From contig NZ_AP031381.1 of NCBI RefSeq assembly GCF_047159375.1, positions 161,632 to 193,631 on the forward strand: a stretch of DNA of 32,000 bases. Direction: 5' to 3'. This stretch comes from Enterobacterales bacterium endosymbiont of Anomoneura mori. GTDB lineage: Bacteria > Pseudomonadota > Gammaproteobacteria > Enterobacterales > Enterobacteriaceae_A. How positions within the stretch are numbered: position 1 is the stretch's first letter; each line of letters opens with the position of its first letter. This document shows positions 1 through 8,753 of this stretch, in pieces. The notes beneath the pieces are model-generated. The model worked only from the letters and a program-made list of their open reading frames with translations, ran no database searches and was not told the DNA's origin. Position numbers and translations under genes: made by a program.

Positions 1-23
1 TATAAAAATAATGGAGTTTTTAA

Positions 24-1367
24 ATGATACCTATTATAACAATTATTGGAAAATCTAATGTAGGAAAATCTACTTTATTTAATTATTTATTATGTAAAAA
101 AAAATCTTTAGTTAATAATTCTTTAAATTTAACAAGAGATCGTAATTATGGTTATATAAAAATTAAAAATAAAAATTTTATAATTGTTGATACTGGTGGA
201 GTTAATAATTTTAAAGATGATATACAAATTAAAATAGCAGCTCAAATTTTTATATCTATAAAAAAAAGTAATATAATATTTTTTTTAGTTGATGCTTATG
301 AAAATTTAACACCAGAAGATGAAATATTTAATAAATATATTTATGAATTTAAAGATAAAATATTTTTAATTATTAATAAAATAGATAAAGTAAATTATAA
401 AATAAAAAATTTAAATTTTTATAAACTTGGAATTAATAATAAAATATTTCCTATTTCTTCTTATAATGGATATGGTATAAATATTCTTTTTGAAAATATT
501 ATTTTATTTTTAAAAAAAAATAATAAAAAAATAAAAATAAAAAAAATAAAAAAAATAAAAAAAAAAAAAGAAATTAAAATTAAACTCATTATAATAGGTA
601 AACCTAATGTAGGTAAATCTACTTTAATAAATAATATTTTAAATGAAGAAAGAATTATAGTACATAATTTACCTGGAACTACTAATGATTGTATATATAT
701 TCCAACAATATATAATAAAATAAAATATATTATTATTGATACTCCAGGAATTATTAATATAAAAAATAATAATAAAAATATTTTATATATATCAAAAATT
801 TTAAAATTAATTAAAAAATCTGATATTGTTTTATTTTTAATTGATATTGTAAAAGATATAACAAATAAAGATTTATTAATAATTAATTTTATTATTAAAA
901 ATGGTTATTCTTTAGTTATAGCATTTAATAAATTAGATAAAATTAATAAATATAAAATAATTGAAAAAAAAAATATTATTAAAAATTCTTTTAAATTTAT
1001 TAAAAATACTTATATAAAATATATTTCTGGATTAAAAGGTATTGGAATTAAAAATTTATTAGATTCAATAGAAAATACATATAAATCTTCTAAAAAACAA
1101 ATTAAAACATCAAAAATAAATAAAGTAATGAAAAATGCTATTATAAAACATCAACCACCAATATTTAAAGGATATCCTATTAAATTTAAATATGCACATT
1201 TAGGTAATTATAATCCATTAACTATTATTATACATGGTAATAAAGTTATAAATATTACAAAATTATATAAAAAATATTTAATTAATTATTTTAGTAAAAA
1301 ATTAAATATTATAGGAACAAAAATATTATTAAAATTTAAAGAAAATAAAAACCCATATAAAAATTAA
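24..1367 (+). CDS. der: Ribosome-associated GTPase Der (EngA), with tandem GTPase domains
   Basis: Two P-loops are present (GKSNVGKST near the N-terminus and GKPNVGKST mid-protein). Each is followed by DTGG/DTPG and NKID/NKLD motifs. The C-terminal KH-like region (HQPP...KFKYAHLGNYNP...HGN) is colinear with E. coli Der. A GGAG RBS lies at 13-16. Confidence 0.95.
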   Translation: MIPIITIIGKSNVGKSTLFNYLLCKKKSLVNNSLNLTRDRNYGYIKIKNKNFIIVDTGGVNNFKDDIQIKIAAQIFISIKKSNIIFFLVDAYENLTPEDEIFNKYIYEFKDKIFLIINKIDKVNYKIKNLNFYKLGINNKIFPISSYNGYGINILFENIILFLKKNNKKIKIKKIKKIKKKKEIKIKLIIIGKPNVGKSTLINNILNEERIIVHNLPGTTNDCIYIPTIYNKIKYIIIDTPGIINIKNNNKNILYISKILKLIKKSDIVLFLIDIVKDITNKDLLIINFIIKNGYSLVIAFNKLDKINKYKIIEKKNIIKNSFKFIKNTYIKYISGLKGIGIKNLLDSIENTYKSSKKQIKTSKINKVMKNAIIKHQPPIFKGYPIKFKYAHLGNYNPLTIIIHGNKVINITKLYKKYLINYFSKKLNIIGTKILLKFKENKNPYKN

Positions 1368-1385
1368 CAAAAAATAAATAAATAA

Positions 1386-1458
1386 CTGGGGTGCCTGGAT
1401 TTGAACCAGGGAATGCCGATATCAAAAACCGGTGCCTTAACCACTTGGCTACACCCCA
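1386..1458 (-). tRNA. glnU: tRNA-Gln (anticodon UUG)
   Basis: The reverse complement reads TGGGGTGTAGCCAAGTGGTTAAGGCACCGGTTTTTGATATCGGCATTCCCTGGTTCAAATCCAGGCACCCCAG. It folds as a cloverleaf with anticodon loop TT-TTG-AT and a TTCAAAT T-loop. It is nearly identical to E. coli tRNA-Gln as I recall it. No CCA is encoded. Confidence 0.9.
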
Positions 1459-1462
1459 AATA

Positions 1463-1544
1463 TACGGGAGACGAGATTTGAACTCGTATACTTATTAGTG
1501 CCAGATCCTAAATCTGGTGCGTCTACCAATTTCGCCACACCCGT
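1463..1544 (-). tRNA. leuW: tRNA-Leu (anticodon UAG), class II with long variable arm
   Basis: The reverse complement reads ACGGGTGTGGCGAAATTGGTAGACGCACCAGATTTAGGATCTGGCACTAATAAGTATACGAGTTCAAATCTCGTCTCCCGTA. The anticodon loop is TT-TAG-GA. The D-arm matches E. coli leuW and the variable-arm stem is compensated (ACT/AGT). No CCA is encoded. Confidence 0.9.
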
Positions 1545-1546
1545 TT

Positions 1547-1619
1547 TAGCTACGACGGGATTTGAACCCATGACCCCATTATTATGAATAATGTGCTCTA
1601 ACCTCTGAGCTACGTAGCT
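1547..1619 (-). tRNA. metT: tRNA-Met, elongator (anticodon CAU)
   Basis: The reverse complement reads AGCTACGTAGCTCAGAGGTTAGAGCACATTATTCATAATAATGGGGTCATGGGTTCAAATCCCGTCGTAGCTA. The anticodon loop is TT-CAT-AA. The sequence follows E. coli elongator metT rather than the initiator or Ile2 tRNA. No CCA is encoded. Confidence 0.88.
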
Positions 1620-1646
1620 TTGAAATTTAAAAATTTATTAATAATT

Positions 1647-1675
1647 ATTATATTATAATAATTAAAAATAATCAA
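1647..1675 (-). promoter_or_regulatory. Candidate sigma70 promoter for the Met-Leu-Gln tRNA operon
   Basis: The minus strand reads TTGATT (1675-1670), then a 17-nt spacer, then TATAAT (1652-1647). This lies about 28 nt upstream of the tRNA-Met 5' end. Chance TATAAT matches are frequent in DNA this AT-rich. Confidence 0.25.
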
Positions 1676-1799
1676 GTTTTAAAAAATATTTTAAAAATAA
1701 AAACTTAATAAAATTAAATTTAATAAAAATATTATAAAAAATAAACTTATTTATTTTTTAATAATTTATAAAAAATTAAAAATATAAAGGAAAATATTA

Positions 1800-2318
1800 A
1801 TGAAAAAAAAAATAGGTATTTTTTTTGGTAGTGACACAGGAAATACTAAAAAAATTGCTAAAATTATACAAAAAAAAATTAATATTTCTTCAAAAATTTA
1901 TAATATATCTAAAAGTAATAAAAAAAATTTAGAAAATTATAATATTTTAATATTTGGAATACCTACTTGGTATTATGGTGAACCTCAATCTGATTGGTTT
2001 AATTTTTTTCCAATACTTAAAAAAATAAATTTTAAAAATAAACATGTTGCATTATTTGGTTGTGGTGATCAAGAAGATTATTCTGAATATTTTTGTGATG
2101 CATTAAAATATATTTATGATATTATAATCCCTTTGGGAGCTAATATAATTGGATATTGGAAAAATTCAGGATATATTTTTAAAAAATCTAAAAGTTTATT
2201 AAATGATAATAATTTTATAGGTTTAATAATTGATGAAGATAGACAACCAGAGTTAACTAATTATAGAATTGATAAATGGTTAATTGAATTAAATAAAAAT
2301 ATAAAAAATTTAATTTAA
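1800..2318 (+). CDS. fldA: Flavodoxin 1 (long-chain)
   Basis: The N-terminal FMN-phosphate loop [16 protein letters not shown] is present. The protein is colinear with E. coli FldA (WYYGE, LFGCGDQ..Y, GL.IDED motifs). It is 172 aa, against about 176 aa in E. coli. Confidence 0.95.
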   Translation: MKKKIGIFFGSDTGNTKKIAKIIQKKINISSKIYNISKSNKKNLENYNILIFGIPTWYYGEPQSDWFNFFPILKKINFKNKHVALFGCGDQEDYSEYFCDALKYIYDIIIPLGANIIGYWKNSGYIFKKSKSLLNDNNFIGLIIDEDRQPELTNYRIDKWLIELNKNIKNLI

Positions 2319-2443
2319 ATATTTTAAATATAATATTTATAAAAAATTAAATTAAATAATTTTTAAAAAATTTAATTTAAATATTTTAAATATAATATTT
2401 ATAAAAAATTAAATTAAATAATTTTTAAAAAATTTATTTAAAT
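2303..2443. repeat. Perfect 62-bp tandem duplication (2 full copies plus a 17-nt partial third copy)
   Basis: Copy 1 (2303-2364) and copy 2 (2365-2426) are identical base for base: aaaaaatttaatttaaatattttaaatataatatttataaaaaattaaattaaataattttt. Positions 2427-2443 repeat the first 18 nt with one A missing. Copy 1 begins in the last codons of fldA, and the partial copy overlaps the ribA stop. Confidence 0.9.
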
Positions 2444-3021
2444 AAATGACCCATTTTTTTTTTTTTAATTTCTAAATATTTTTTATTTTTTGAATTTAAA
2501 CCTGTTATTAATGGTATTCTTTCTGTAACAGTAATTCCATAATTATTTAATATTTTAATTTTTTCAGGATTATTAGTAAGAAGACGAATTTTATATATAT
2601 TTAATAATTTTAACATATCAGCACATAAAGAAAAATCTCTTTCATCATCAGCAAAACCTAATTTATTATTTGCTTCTACAGTATCATAACCACGATCTTG
2701 TAATGAATATGCTTTAATTTTATTTAATAATCCTATATTTCTTCCTTCTTGTCTGTGATATAATATTACTCCAGTTCCTTCTTTTTTTAACATTTCAAAT
2801 GCACACTTTAATTGAAAACCACAATCACATCTTAAACTAAATAGTGCATCACCAGTCAAACATTCTGAATGTATACGTGATAATACTGAAAATTCTTTTT
2901 TTATATCACCTAATATTAATGCTAAATGATCTTTACCTGTATTAATTTCTTTAAATCCTATCATAATAAAATCTCCCCAAGATGTTGGTAATTTAGTTTT
3001 AGCAATTTTTTTTAATTTCAT
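2434..3021 (-). CDS. ribA: GTP cyclohydrolase II (riboflavin biosynthesis)
   Basis: The protein is colinear with E. coli RibA. Shared segments include [30 protein letters not shown] (zinc Cys ligands), [15 protein letters not shown] and GYDTVEAN. It is 195 aa. Confidence 0.95.
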   Translation of the reverse strand: MKLKKIAKTKLPTSWGDFIMIGFKEINTGKDHLALILGDIKKEFSVLSRIHSECLTGDALFSLRCDCGFQLKCAFEMLKKEGTGVILYHRQEGRNIGLLNKIKAYSLQDRGYDTVEANNKLGFADDERDFSLCADMLKLLNIYKIRLLTNNPEKIKILNNYGITVTERIPLITGLNSKNKKYLEIKKKKMGHLFK

Positions 3022-3128
3022 TTTTGTTTTTATTTAAGATAATTATTTAAATAAATTTTAAAAATTATTTTAATAATTTTTAAATTTTTTTTTTTAAATA
3101 TTAATTAATTAATTATTTTTAAAAATAA

Positions 3129-4220
3129 ATGTCATTTGTTAAAAAAAACATAGTAGTCGGTGTATCTGGTGGAGTAGATTCTTCAATTGCTATTTATATT
3201 TTAAAAAAAATAGGTTTTAAAATTATTGGAGTATTTATGATTAATTGGGAAGAAAAAAATAATCAAAATTGTAATATATATAAAGATTTTCATGATGCAA
3301 AAAATATTTGTAAAAAATTAAATATTAAATTAAAACAAATTAATTTTTCTGCTGAATATTGGGAAAATGTTTTTATATATTTTTTAAAAGAATATAAAAT
3401 TGGTAATACACCTAATCCTGATATTTTATGTAATAAAGAAATTAAATTTAAAATATTTTTAAATTATGCTATTAAAAATCTTAAATCTAATTATATAGCT
3501 ACTGGGCATTATTCATATATTAAAAATATTAAAAATAATTTTTTTTTTTTACGTTCATATGATAAAAAAAAAGATCAAAGTTACTTTTTACATAATTTGA
3601 ATTTTAAAAAATTTAAAAGTATTTTATTTCCTATTAGTTTTTTAAAAAAAAAAGAAGTTAGATATATTGCAAAAAAACTAAATTTTATAAATTCAAAAAA
3701 AAAAAATTCAACAGGAATTTGTTTTATTGGAAAAAAAAAATTTAATTATTTTTTAAATTATTTTTTAAATATAATTCCAGGTTTAATAATTACAAAAAAT
3801 AATCAAATAGTTGGTATTCATAAAGGTATTATGTTTTATACTATTGGTCAAAGAAAAGGAATTAATATTAAAACTAAAAATAAAAATAAAAAACCATGGT
3901 ATATAATAGAAAAAAAAAAAACTAATATTTTTGTAGTTCAAAATAATAAACATTGTTTATTATTTTATAAAAATTTAATTGCAAAAAAAATATATTGGAT
4001 TAAAAATAAATTATTATTAAAATCTTTTAAATGTTTTATTAAAACACGTTATATTCAAGAATTAATTTTATGCATTATTATTCCAATTGATTCAAAATAT
4101 ATTATAATAAATTTTAATAAACCAATAATTTCAATAACAAAAGGTCAATATGTTGTATTTTATTTAAAAAATTTTTGTTTAGGTGGTGGAATCATTGAAT
4201 TAAATACATTTATTAATTAA
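3129..4220 (+). CDS. mnmA: tRNA-specific 2-thiouridylase (tRNA U34 s2 formation)
   Basis: Diagnostic motifs are the PP-loop VGVSGGVDSS, NPDILCNKEIKFK, ATGHY, KDQSYFL and STGICFIG. The C-terminal GQ..VFY...CLGGGII segment is colinear with E. coli MnmA. Confidence 0.93.
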   Translation: MSFVKKNIVVGVSGGVDSSIAIYILKKIGFKIIGVFMINWEEKNNQNCNIYKDFHDAKNICKKLNIKLKQINFSAEYWENVFIYFLKEYKIGNTPNPDILCNKEIKFKIFLNYAIKNLKSNYIATGHYSYIKNIKNNFFFLRSYDKKKDQSYFLHNLNFKKFKSILFPISFLKKKEVRYIAKKLNFINSKKKNSTGICFIGKKKFNYFLNYFLNIIPGLIITKNNQIVGIHKGIMFYTIGQRKGINIKTKNKNKKPWYIIEKKKTNIFVVQNNKHCLLFYKNLIAKKIYWIKNKLLLKSFKCFIKTRYIQELILCIIIPIDSKYIIINFNKPIISITKGQYVVFYLKNFCLGGGIIELNTFIN

Positions 4221-4466
4221 AAAAATTATATTAAAATATTAATGTAATTAATTAAAATTTCAAAAAATAAAAAATATAATATATTTTAAAAATATTAATA
4301 AAGTATATTTTAATTTAATAATATTTTAAATAATATTAATATTTATATAAAAAAATAATAATTTAAATTTAATAAATAAATTAAATAATATTTTAATCTA
4401 AAATATTTTAAAAATTTTATTATATAATATTTTTAAAAAATTATTAAATAAATATTTAAATATAAA

Positions 4467-5213
4467 ATGAATAATTGGGTATTTGGAAAAATTTTAAATA
4501 TAGAAAAATGTACAAATAATTTATTTAAATTTTTTATTAAAGCTAAAATTGATAAATTTATATCAGGACAATTTACAAAAATTGCTTTTAAAATTAATAA
4601 TATTATAATACAACGTGCATATTCATTTGTTAATAGTTGTAATAATCCAAATTTAGAATTTTATATATTATTAATAAATAATGGAAAATTAAGTAAAAAT
4701 TTTTCAAAATTAAAAATTAATTCAAAAATTTTAATTTCAAAAAAATCATTTGGTAATTTTATATTAAAAAATATACCTAAATGTGAAACATTATGGATGA
4801 TTTGTTCAGGTACTGCTATAGGTCCATATTTATCTATATTAAATGAAAATAAAAATATAGAACATTTTAAAAATTTAATTTTAATTCATGCTAATAAATT
4901 TTTAAAAAATTGTAATTATAATTCTGAAATTATAAAATTAAAAAATAAATATTTTAAAAAACTTCATGTTTTAAATATTATTAGTAAAGAAAAAATTTTT
5001 GGAACTTTATATGGTCGAATAAATGAACTTATTAATAACGGTATATTAGAAAAAACTATTGGTATAGGATTAAAATATAAAAAATGTCATGTTATGATTT
5101 GTGGAAATCCGTTTATGATAAAAGATACTATTAAAATATTAATAAATTTAAGAAATATGAAAAAACATTCAAATTTTAAAAATGGTAATATTACTATTGA
5201 AAGATATTGGTAA
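4467..5213 (+). CDS. fpr: Flavodoxin/ferredoxin-NADP+ reductase
   Basis: Diagnostic motifs are GQFTK, RAYSFVN (the RxYS FAD motif), LEFY, CETLWM..GTAIGPY (NADP site) and VMICGNP. The terminal ..ERYW matches the E. coli Fpr C-terminus ..HYW. It is 248 aa. Confidence 0.92.
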   Translation: MNNWVFGKILNIEKCTNNLFKFFIKAKIDKFISGQFTKIAFKINNIIIQRAYSFVNSCNNPNLEFYILLINNGKLSKNFSKLKINSKILISKKSFGNFILKNIPKCETLWMICSGTAIGPYLSILNENKNIEHFKNLILIHANKFLKNCNYNSEIIKLKNKYFKKLHVLNIISKEKIFGTLYGRINELINNGILEKTIGIGLKYKKCHVMICGNPFMIKDTIKILINLRNMKKHSNFKNGNITIERYW

Positions 5214-5245
5214 AAAAATATAAATTTAATTAATTAAAAAAAATT

Positions 5246-6502
5246 TTATATATATTTAATATTATTCATATATGAACGTAAAATTTTAGGTATTTTAATT
5301 TTTCCATCAATTGTTTGATAATTTTCAAGTATTGCTGCTAATGTTCTACTAATTGCTAAACCAGAACCATTTAATGTATGTACAAAAAATTTTTTTTTTT
5401 TATTTATATATTTTGTATTCATTCTTCTTGATTGAAAATCTTTCATATTTGAACATGATGAAATTTCACAATAATTATTTTGTGAAGGCATCCAAACTTC
5501 TAAATCATAAGTTTTAGAAGAACTAAAACTTAAATTATTTGTACATATTAAAATTTTTCTATATGGTAATTCTAATAATTGTAAAATTTTTTCAGCATGT
5601 TTTGTAATTTCTTCTAATGCATTATTAGAATTTTCTTTAGAAACTATTTGAACAATTTCGACTTTATCAAATTGATGCATTCTAATTAATCCTTTACTTT
5701 CTTTTCCATATGATCCAGCTTCTGCTCTAAAACAAGGTGTATGTGTAGTTATTTTAATAGGTAATTGTGTTATTTTAAAAATTTTATTATTAAATAAATT
5801 TGTTAATGGAACTTCACCTGTTGGGATTAATGCATATTCATTATTTTTATTTAATTTATTATAAAAATTTACATATAATAAATTTTTATTAAATTTAGGT
5901 AAATGCCCAGTACAAAATAAAGTTTTTTTATTAACTAAATATGGTACATACATTTCAATATAACCATGTTCTTTAGTATGTAAATTTAACATAAATTGTA
6001 TTAATGCTCTATGCATTTGTGCAATTTTTCCTTTCATTACAACAAATCGTGTACAACTTAATTTTGTTGAAATATTAAAATCTAAACCATCTAAATATTT
6101 ACCAATATCAACATGATTATAAATATTTTTTTTTATAATTTTTCCTTTTATTTTTATAACTTTATCAAATAATTTATAATTTAAAATTGATTTATCTGGT
6201 AAATTTGGTATAATTGATAAATAATTAATTAAATCTTTTTTACAATTTTTTAAAACATTTTTTTTTTCTTTAATTATTTTATTAATTTTTTTATTATTTT
6301 CAAATATTTTTTTTTTTTTTATATTTTTATAATTAGATAAAAAATTTTTTTTTGTTTGTAATTTTTCTATTTTTAATTGTAATATTTTTTTAAATTTTTT
6401 TTTAAAAATTATATATTCTATATTTAATATAAATTTTTTTAAAAATAAAAATTTTTTAATTTTAATTAAATTATTATATTTTAATAATTTTAAATTAATC
6501 AT
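5246..6502 (-). CDS. serS: Seryl-tRNA synthetase (class II)
   Basis: There is an N-terminal coiled-coil arm. Class II motifs are present: [28 protein letters not shown]....Y.EISSCSN and [13 protein letters not shown]. It is 418 aa. Confidence 0.95.
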   Translation of the reverse strand: MINLKLLKYNNLIKIKKFLFLKKFILNIEYIIFKKKFKKILQLKIEKLQTKKNFLSNYKNIKKKKIFENNKKINKIIKEKKNVLKNCKKDLINYLSIIPNLPDKSILNYKLFDKVIKIKGKIIKKNIYNHVDIGKYLDGLDFNISTKLSCTRFVVMKGKIAQMHRALIQFMLNLHTKEHGYIEMYVPYLVNKKTLFCTGHLPKFNKNLLYVNFYNKLNKNNEYALIPTGEVPLTNLFNNKIFKITQLPIKITTHTPCFRAEAGSYGKESKGLIRMHQFDKVEIVQIVSKENSNNALEEITKHAEKILQLLELPYRKILICTNNLSFSSSKTYDLEVWMPSQNNYCEISSCSNMKDFQSRRMNTKYINKKKKFFVHTLNGSGLAISRTLAAILENYQTIDGKIKIPKILRSYMNNIKYI

Positions 6503-6626
6503 TTTTTCCTTAAAATTTAAAATAATTTAATAACTTTTTTTAATAATAATATTTTTATATTATTTATTAAAAAATATAAATTAATATTAATTAATTTAAT
6601 TATAAATTTAAATAATTGGGTGATTA

Positions 6627-7853
6627 ATGATTAAAAATAAAACATTTAACACGTTTAAACATAAAAAAAACATATTAATAAAACCAATTTTTTATATATT
6701 AGGTGCAATTGCACTTTCACATTTTTTTAATGATTTAATACAATCATTGTTGTTATCAATTTATCCTATATTACAAAGAAATTTTAGACTTAGTTTTAGT
6801 CAAATTGGATTTATAACATTTACTTATCAATTAACTGCTTCTTTATTACAACCTGTTATTGGATTTTTTATAGATAAATATCCACAACCATTTTCTTTAT
6901 TAATAGGTATGACTTTTATGTTATCTGGAATAATATTACTTTCAATTGCTAACTCATTTATTTTTATATTAATAGCTGCTGCTTTAGTAGGTACTGGTTC
7001 TTCAATATTTCATCCTGAATCTGCAAGAGTTGCTAGTATGGCTTCAGGAGGTAAACATGGATTAGCACAATCTTTATTACAAGTAGGTGGTAATTTAGGT
7101 AGTGCCTTTGGACCTTTACTTGCTGCTGTTATAATAGTACCATATGGTACTAAAAACGTATTATGGTTTTCTTTAATTGCTTTATTATCTATGTTTATTT
7201 TATATAAAGTAGGAAGTTGGTATAAAAATAAACATTATAAATCTATTAAAGAATATATTGCAAAAAATAAATTTAAATATTCAATAAAACAAATTTTTAT
7301 TCCTATAGTTATTTTAATTTTATTACTTTTTTCAAAATATTTTTATCTTTCTAGTATTAGTAGTTATTATACTTTTTATTTAATTCATAAATTTGGTATT
7401 TCAGTACAAAATGCTCAAATGCATTTATTTATGTTTTTATTTTCTATTACTTTAGGAAGTATAATTGGTGGACCTTTAGGTGATAAATTTGGAAGAAGAT
7501 ATATTATTTTATTTTCTATTTTTGGTGCAACTCCATTTACATTATTATTACCTTATATTTCTTTAACATGGATAAGTATATTTACAATATTTATTGGTTT
7601 TATAATGGCTTCAGCGTTTTCTTCAATATTAATATATTCACAAGAATTAATTCCTGGTAAATTTGGAACTATTTCGGGAATATTATTTGGTTGTGCATTT
7701 GCAATTAGTGGTTTAGGGGCAGCATTATTAGGTCATATTGCAGATTCTACAAGTGTAAATTTTATTTATAAAATATGTTCTTATTTACCATTTTTAGGTT
7801 TTTTAACATTATTTTTACCAGGTGAAGTTCCATTAAAAGTTAATAAAAATTAA
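6627..7853 (+). CDS. fsr: MFS transporter of the Fsr (fosmidomycin-resistance protein) family
   Basis: The protein has roughly 12 predicted hydrophobic segments. It is colinear with my recollection of E. coli Fsr: LGAIALSHFFNDLIQSL, QPVIGFFIDKYP, GTGSSIFHPESARVASMASGGKHGLAQSLLQVGGN, FSKYFYLSSISSYYTFYL and YKICSYLPFLG. Assigning the exact orthologue needs a database search. Confidence 0.82.
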   Translation: MIKNKTFNTFKHKKNILIKPIFYILGAIALSHFFNDLIQSLLLSIYPILQRNFRLSFSQIGFITFTYQLTASLLQPVIGFFIDKYPQPFSLLIGMTFMLSGIILLSIANSFIFILIAAALVGTGSSIFHPESARVASMASGGKHGLAQSLLQVGGNLGSAFGPLLAAVIIVPYGTKNVLWFSLIALLSMFILYKVGSWYKNKHYKSIKEYIAKNKFKYSIKQIFIPIVILILLLFSKYFYLSSISSYYTFYLIHKFGISVQNAQMHLFMFLFSITLGSIIGGPLGDKFGRRYIILFSIFGATPFTLLLPYISLTWISIFTIFIGFIMASAFSSILIYSQELIPGKFGTISGILFGCAFAISGLGAALLGHIADSTSVNFIYKICSYLPFLGFLTLFLPGEVPLKVNKN

Positions 7854-7930
7854 TAAAATAATTTTAATTAATTTTAAATACTATAATTAAATAAAAAATA
7901 TTTTTAAAATTAAATGTTTAAATATATAAA

Positions 7931-8665
7931 ATGAAAGAAATAATTTATGGTATTCATTCAATTGAAAATTTATTATTAACATCACCAAAAAGATTTATTA
8001 AAGTTTTTATTTCAAAAAATAGAAAAGATTATAAAATTAAAAAAATTATTAATAATTTTAAAAAAAAAAATATTTTAATAAAATTTTGTGATATTAATTA
8101 TTTAAATAAAATAGTTAATGGAGTTCATCAAGGTATTATAGCAGAAATTTATAAATTAAAAAAATTTAAAGAAATAAATATTTATAATATTATAAAAGAT
8201 GTTAAAAAACCATTTTTATTAATTTTAGATGGTATAACAGATCCTAGAAATTTAGGAGCTTGTATTAGAAATGCTTATGCTACTGGTGTAAATTTAATTA
8301 TTATCCCTAAAAATCGTTCAGCTAGAATTAACTCTTTAGTTAAAAAAACTTCTTGTGGTGCTTCTGAAAATATACCTATAATTAATGTTGTAAATTTATC
8401 AAAAACATTGATTTTTTTAAAAAAAATTAATATAATTATAATAGGAACAACTCATAAAACAAATAATCTTTTATTTAAAACTAATTTAAACATTCCTATT
8501 GCTTTAATTTTTGGTTCTGAAAATAATGGTTTACGTAAATTAACAATAAAACATTGTGATAAATTAATTAATATACCAATGAAAGGTAATATTACATCAT
8601 TAAATGTATCAGTTGCAACTGGAATAGTCTTATATGAAGTTATAAGACAACGTTATTTTATTTAA
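7931..8665 (+). CDS. rlmB: 23S rRNA (Gm2251) 2'-O-methyltransferase, SpoU/TrmH family
   Basis: MKEIIYGIHSIENLL matches the E. coli RlmB N-terminus. SPOUT motifs are present: LILDGITDPRNLGACIRNA, GSENNGLRKLT and IPMKGNITSLNVSVATGI. Confidence 0.9.
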   Translation: MKEIIYGIHSIENLLLTSPKRFIKVFISKNRKDYKIKKIINNFKKKNILIKFCDINYLNKIVNGVHQGIIAEIYKLKKFKEINIYNIIKDVKKPFLLILDGITDPRNLGACIRNAYATGVNLIIIPKNRSARINSLVKKTSCGASENIPIINVVNLSKTLIFLKKINIIIIGTTHKTNNLLFKTNLNIPIALIFGSENNGLRKLTIKHCDKLINIPMKGNITSLNVSVATGIVLYEVIRQRYFI

Positions 8666-8753
8666 TTTTTTAATTTTTTAAAAATTAAATATATTAAATA
8701 AATTAAATAATTAAATTTTAAATAATGTTATTATATTTTTAAGGAACAAATAT

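Noticed and set aside
2303-2443. Could the 62-bp repeat be a CRISPR array or a mobile-element terminus?
   Set aside because: The copies are directly abutting with no spacers. There are only 2.3 copies, and no cas or transposase genes lie nearby. No terminal inverted repeats flank a cargo. A simple tandem duplication fits better.
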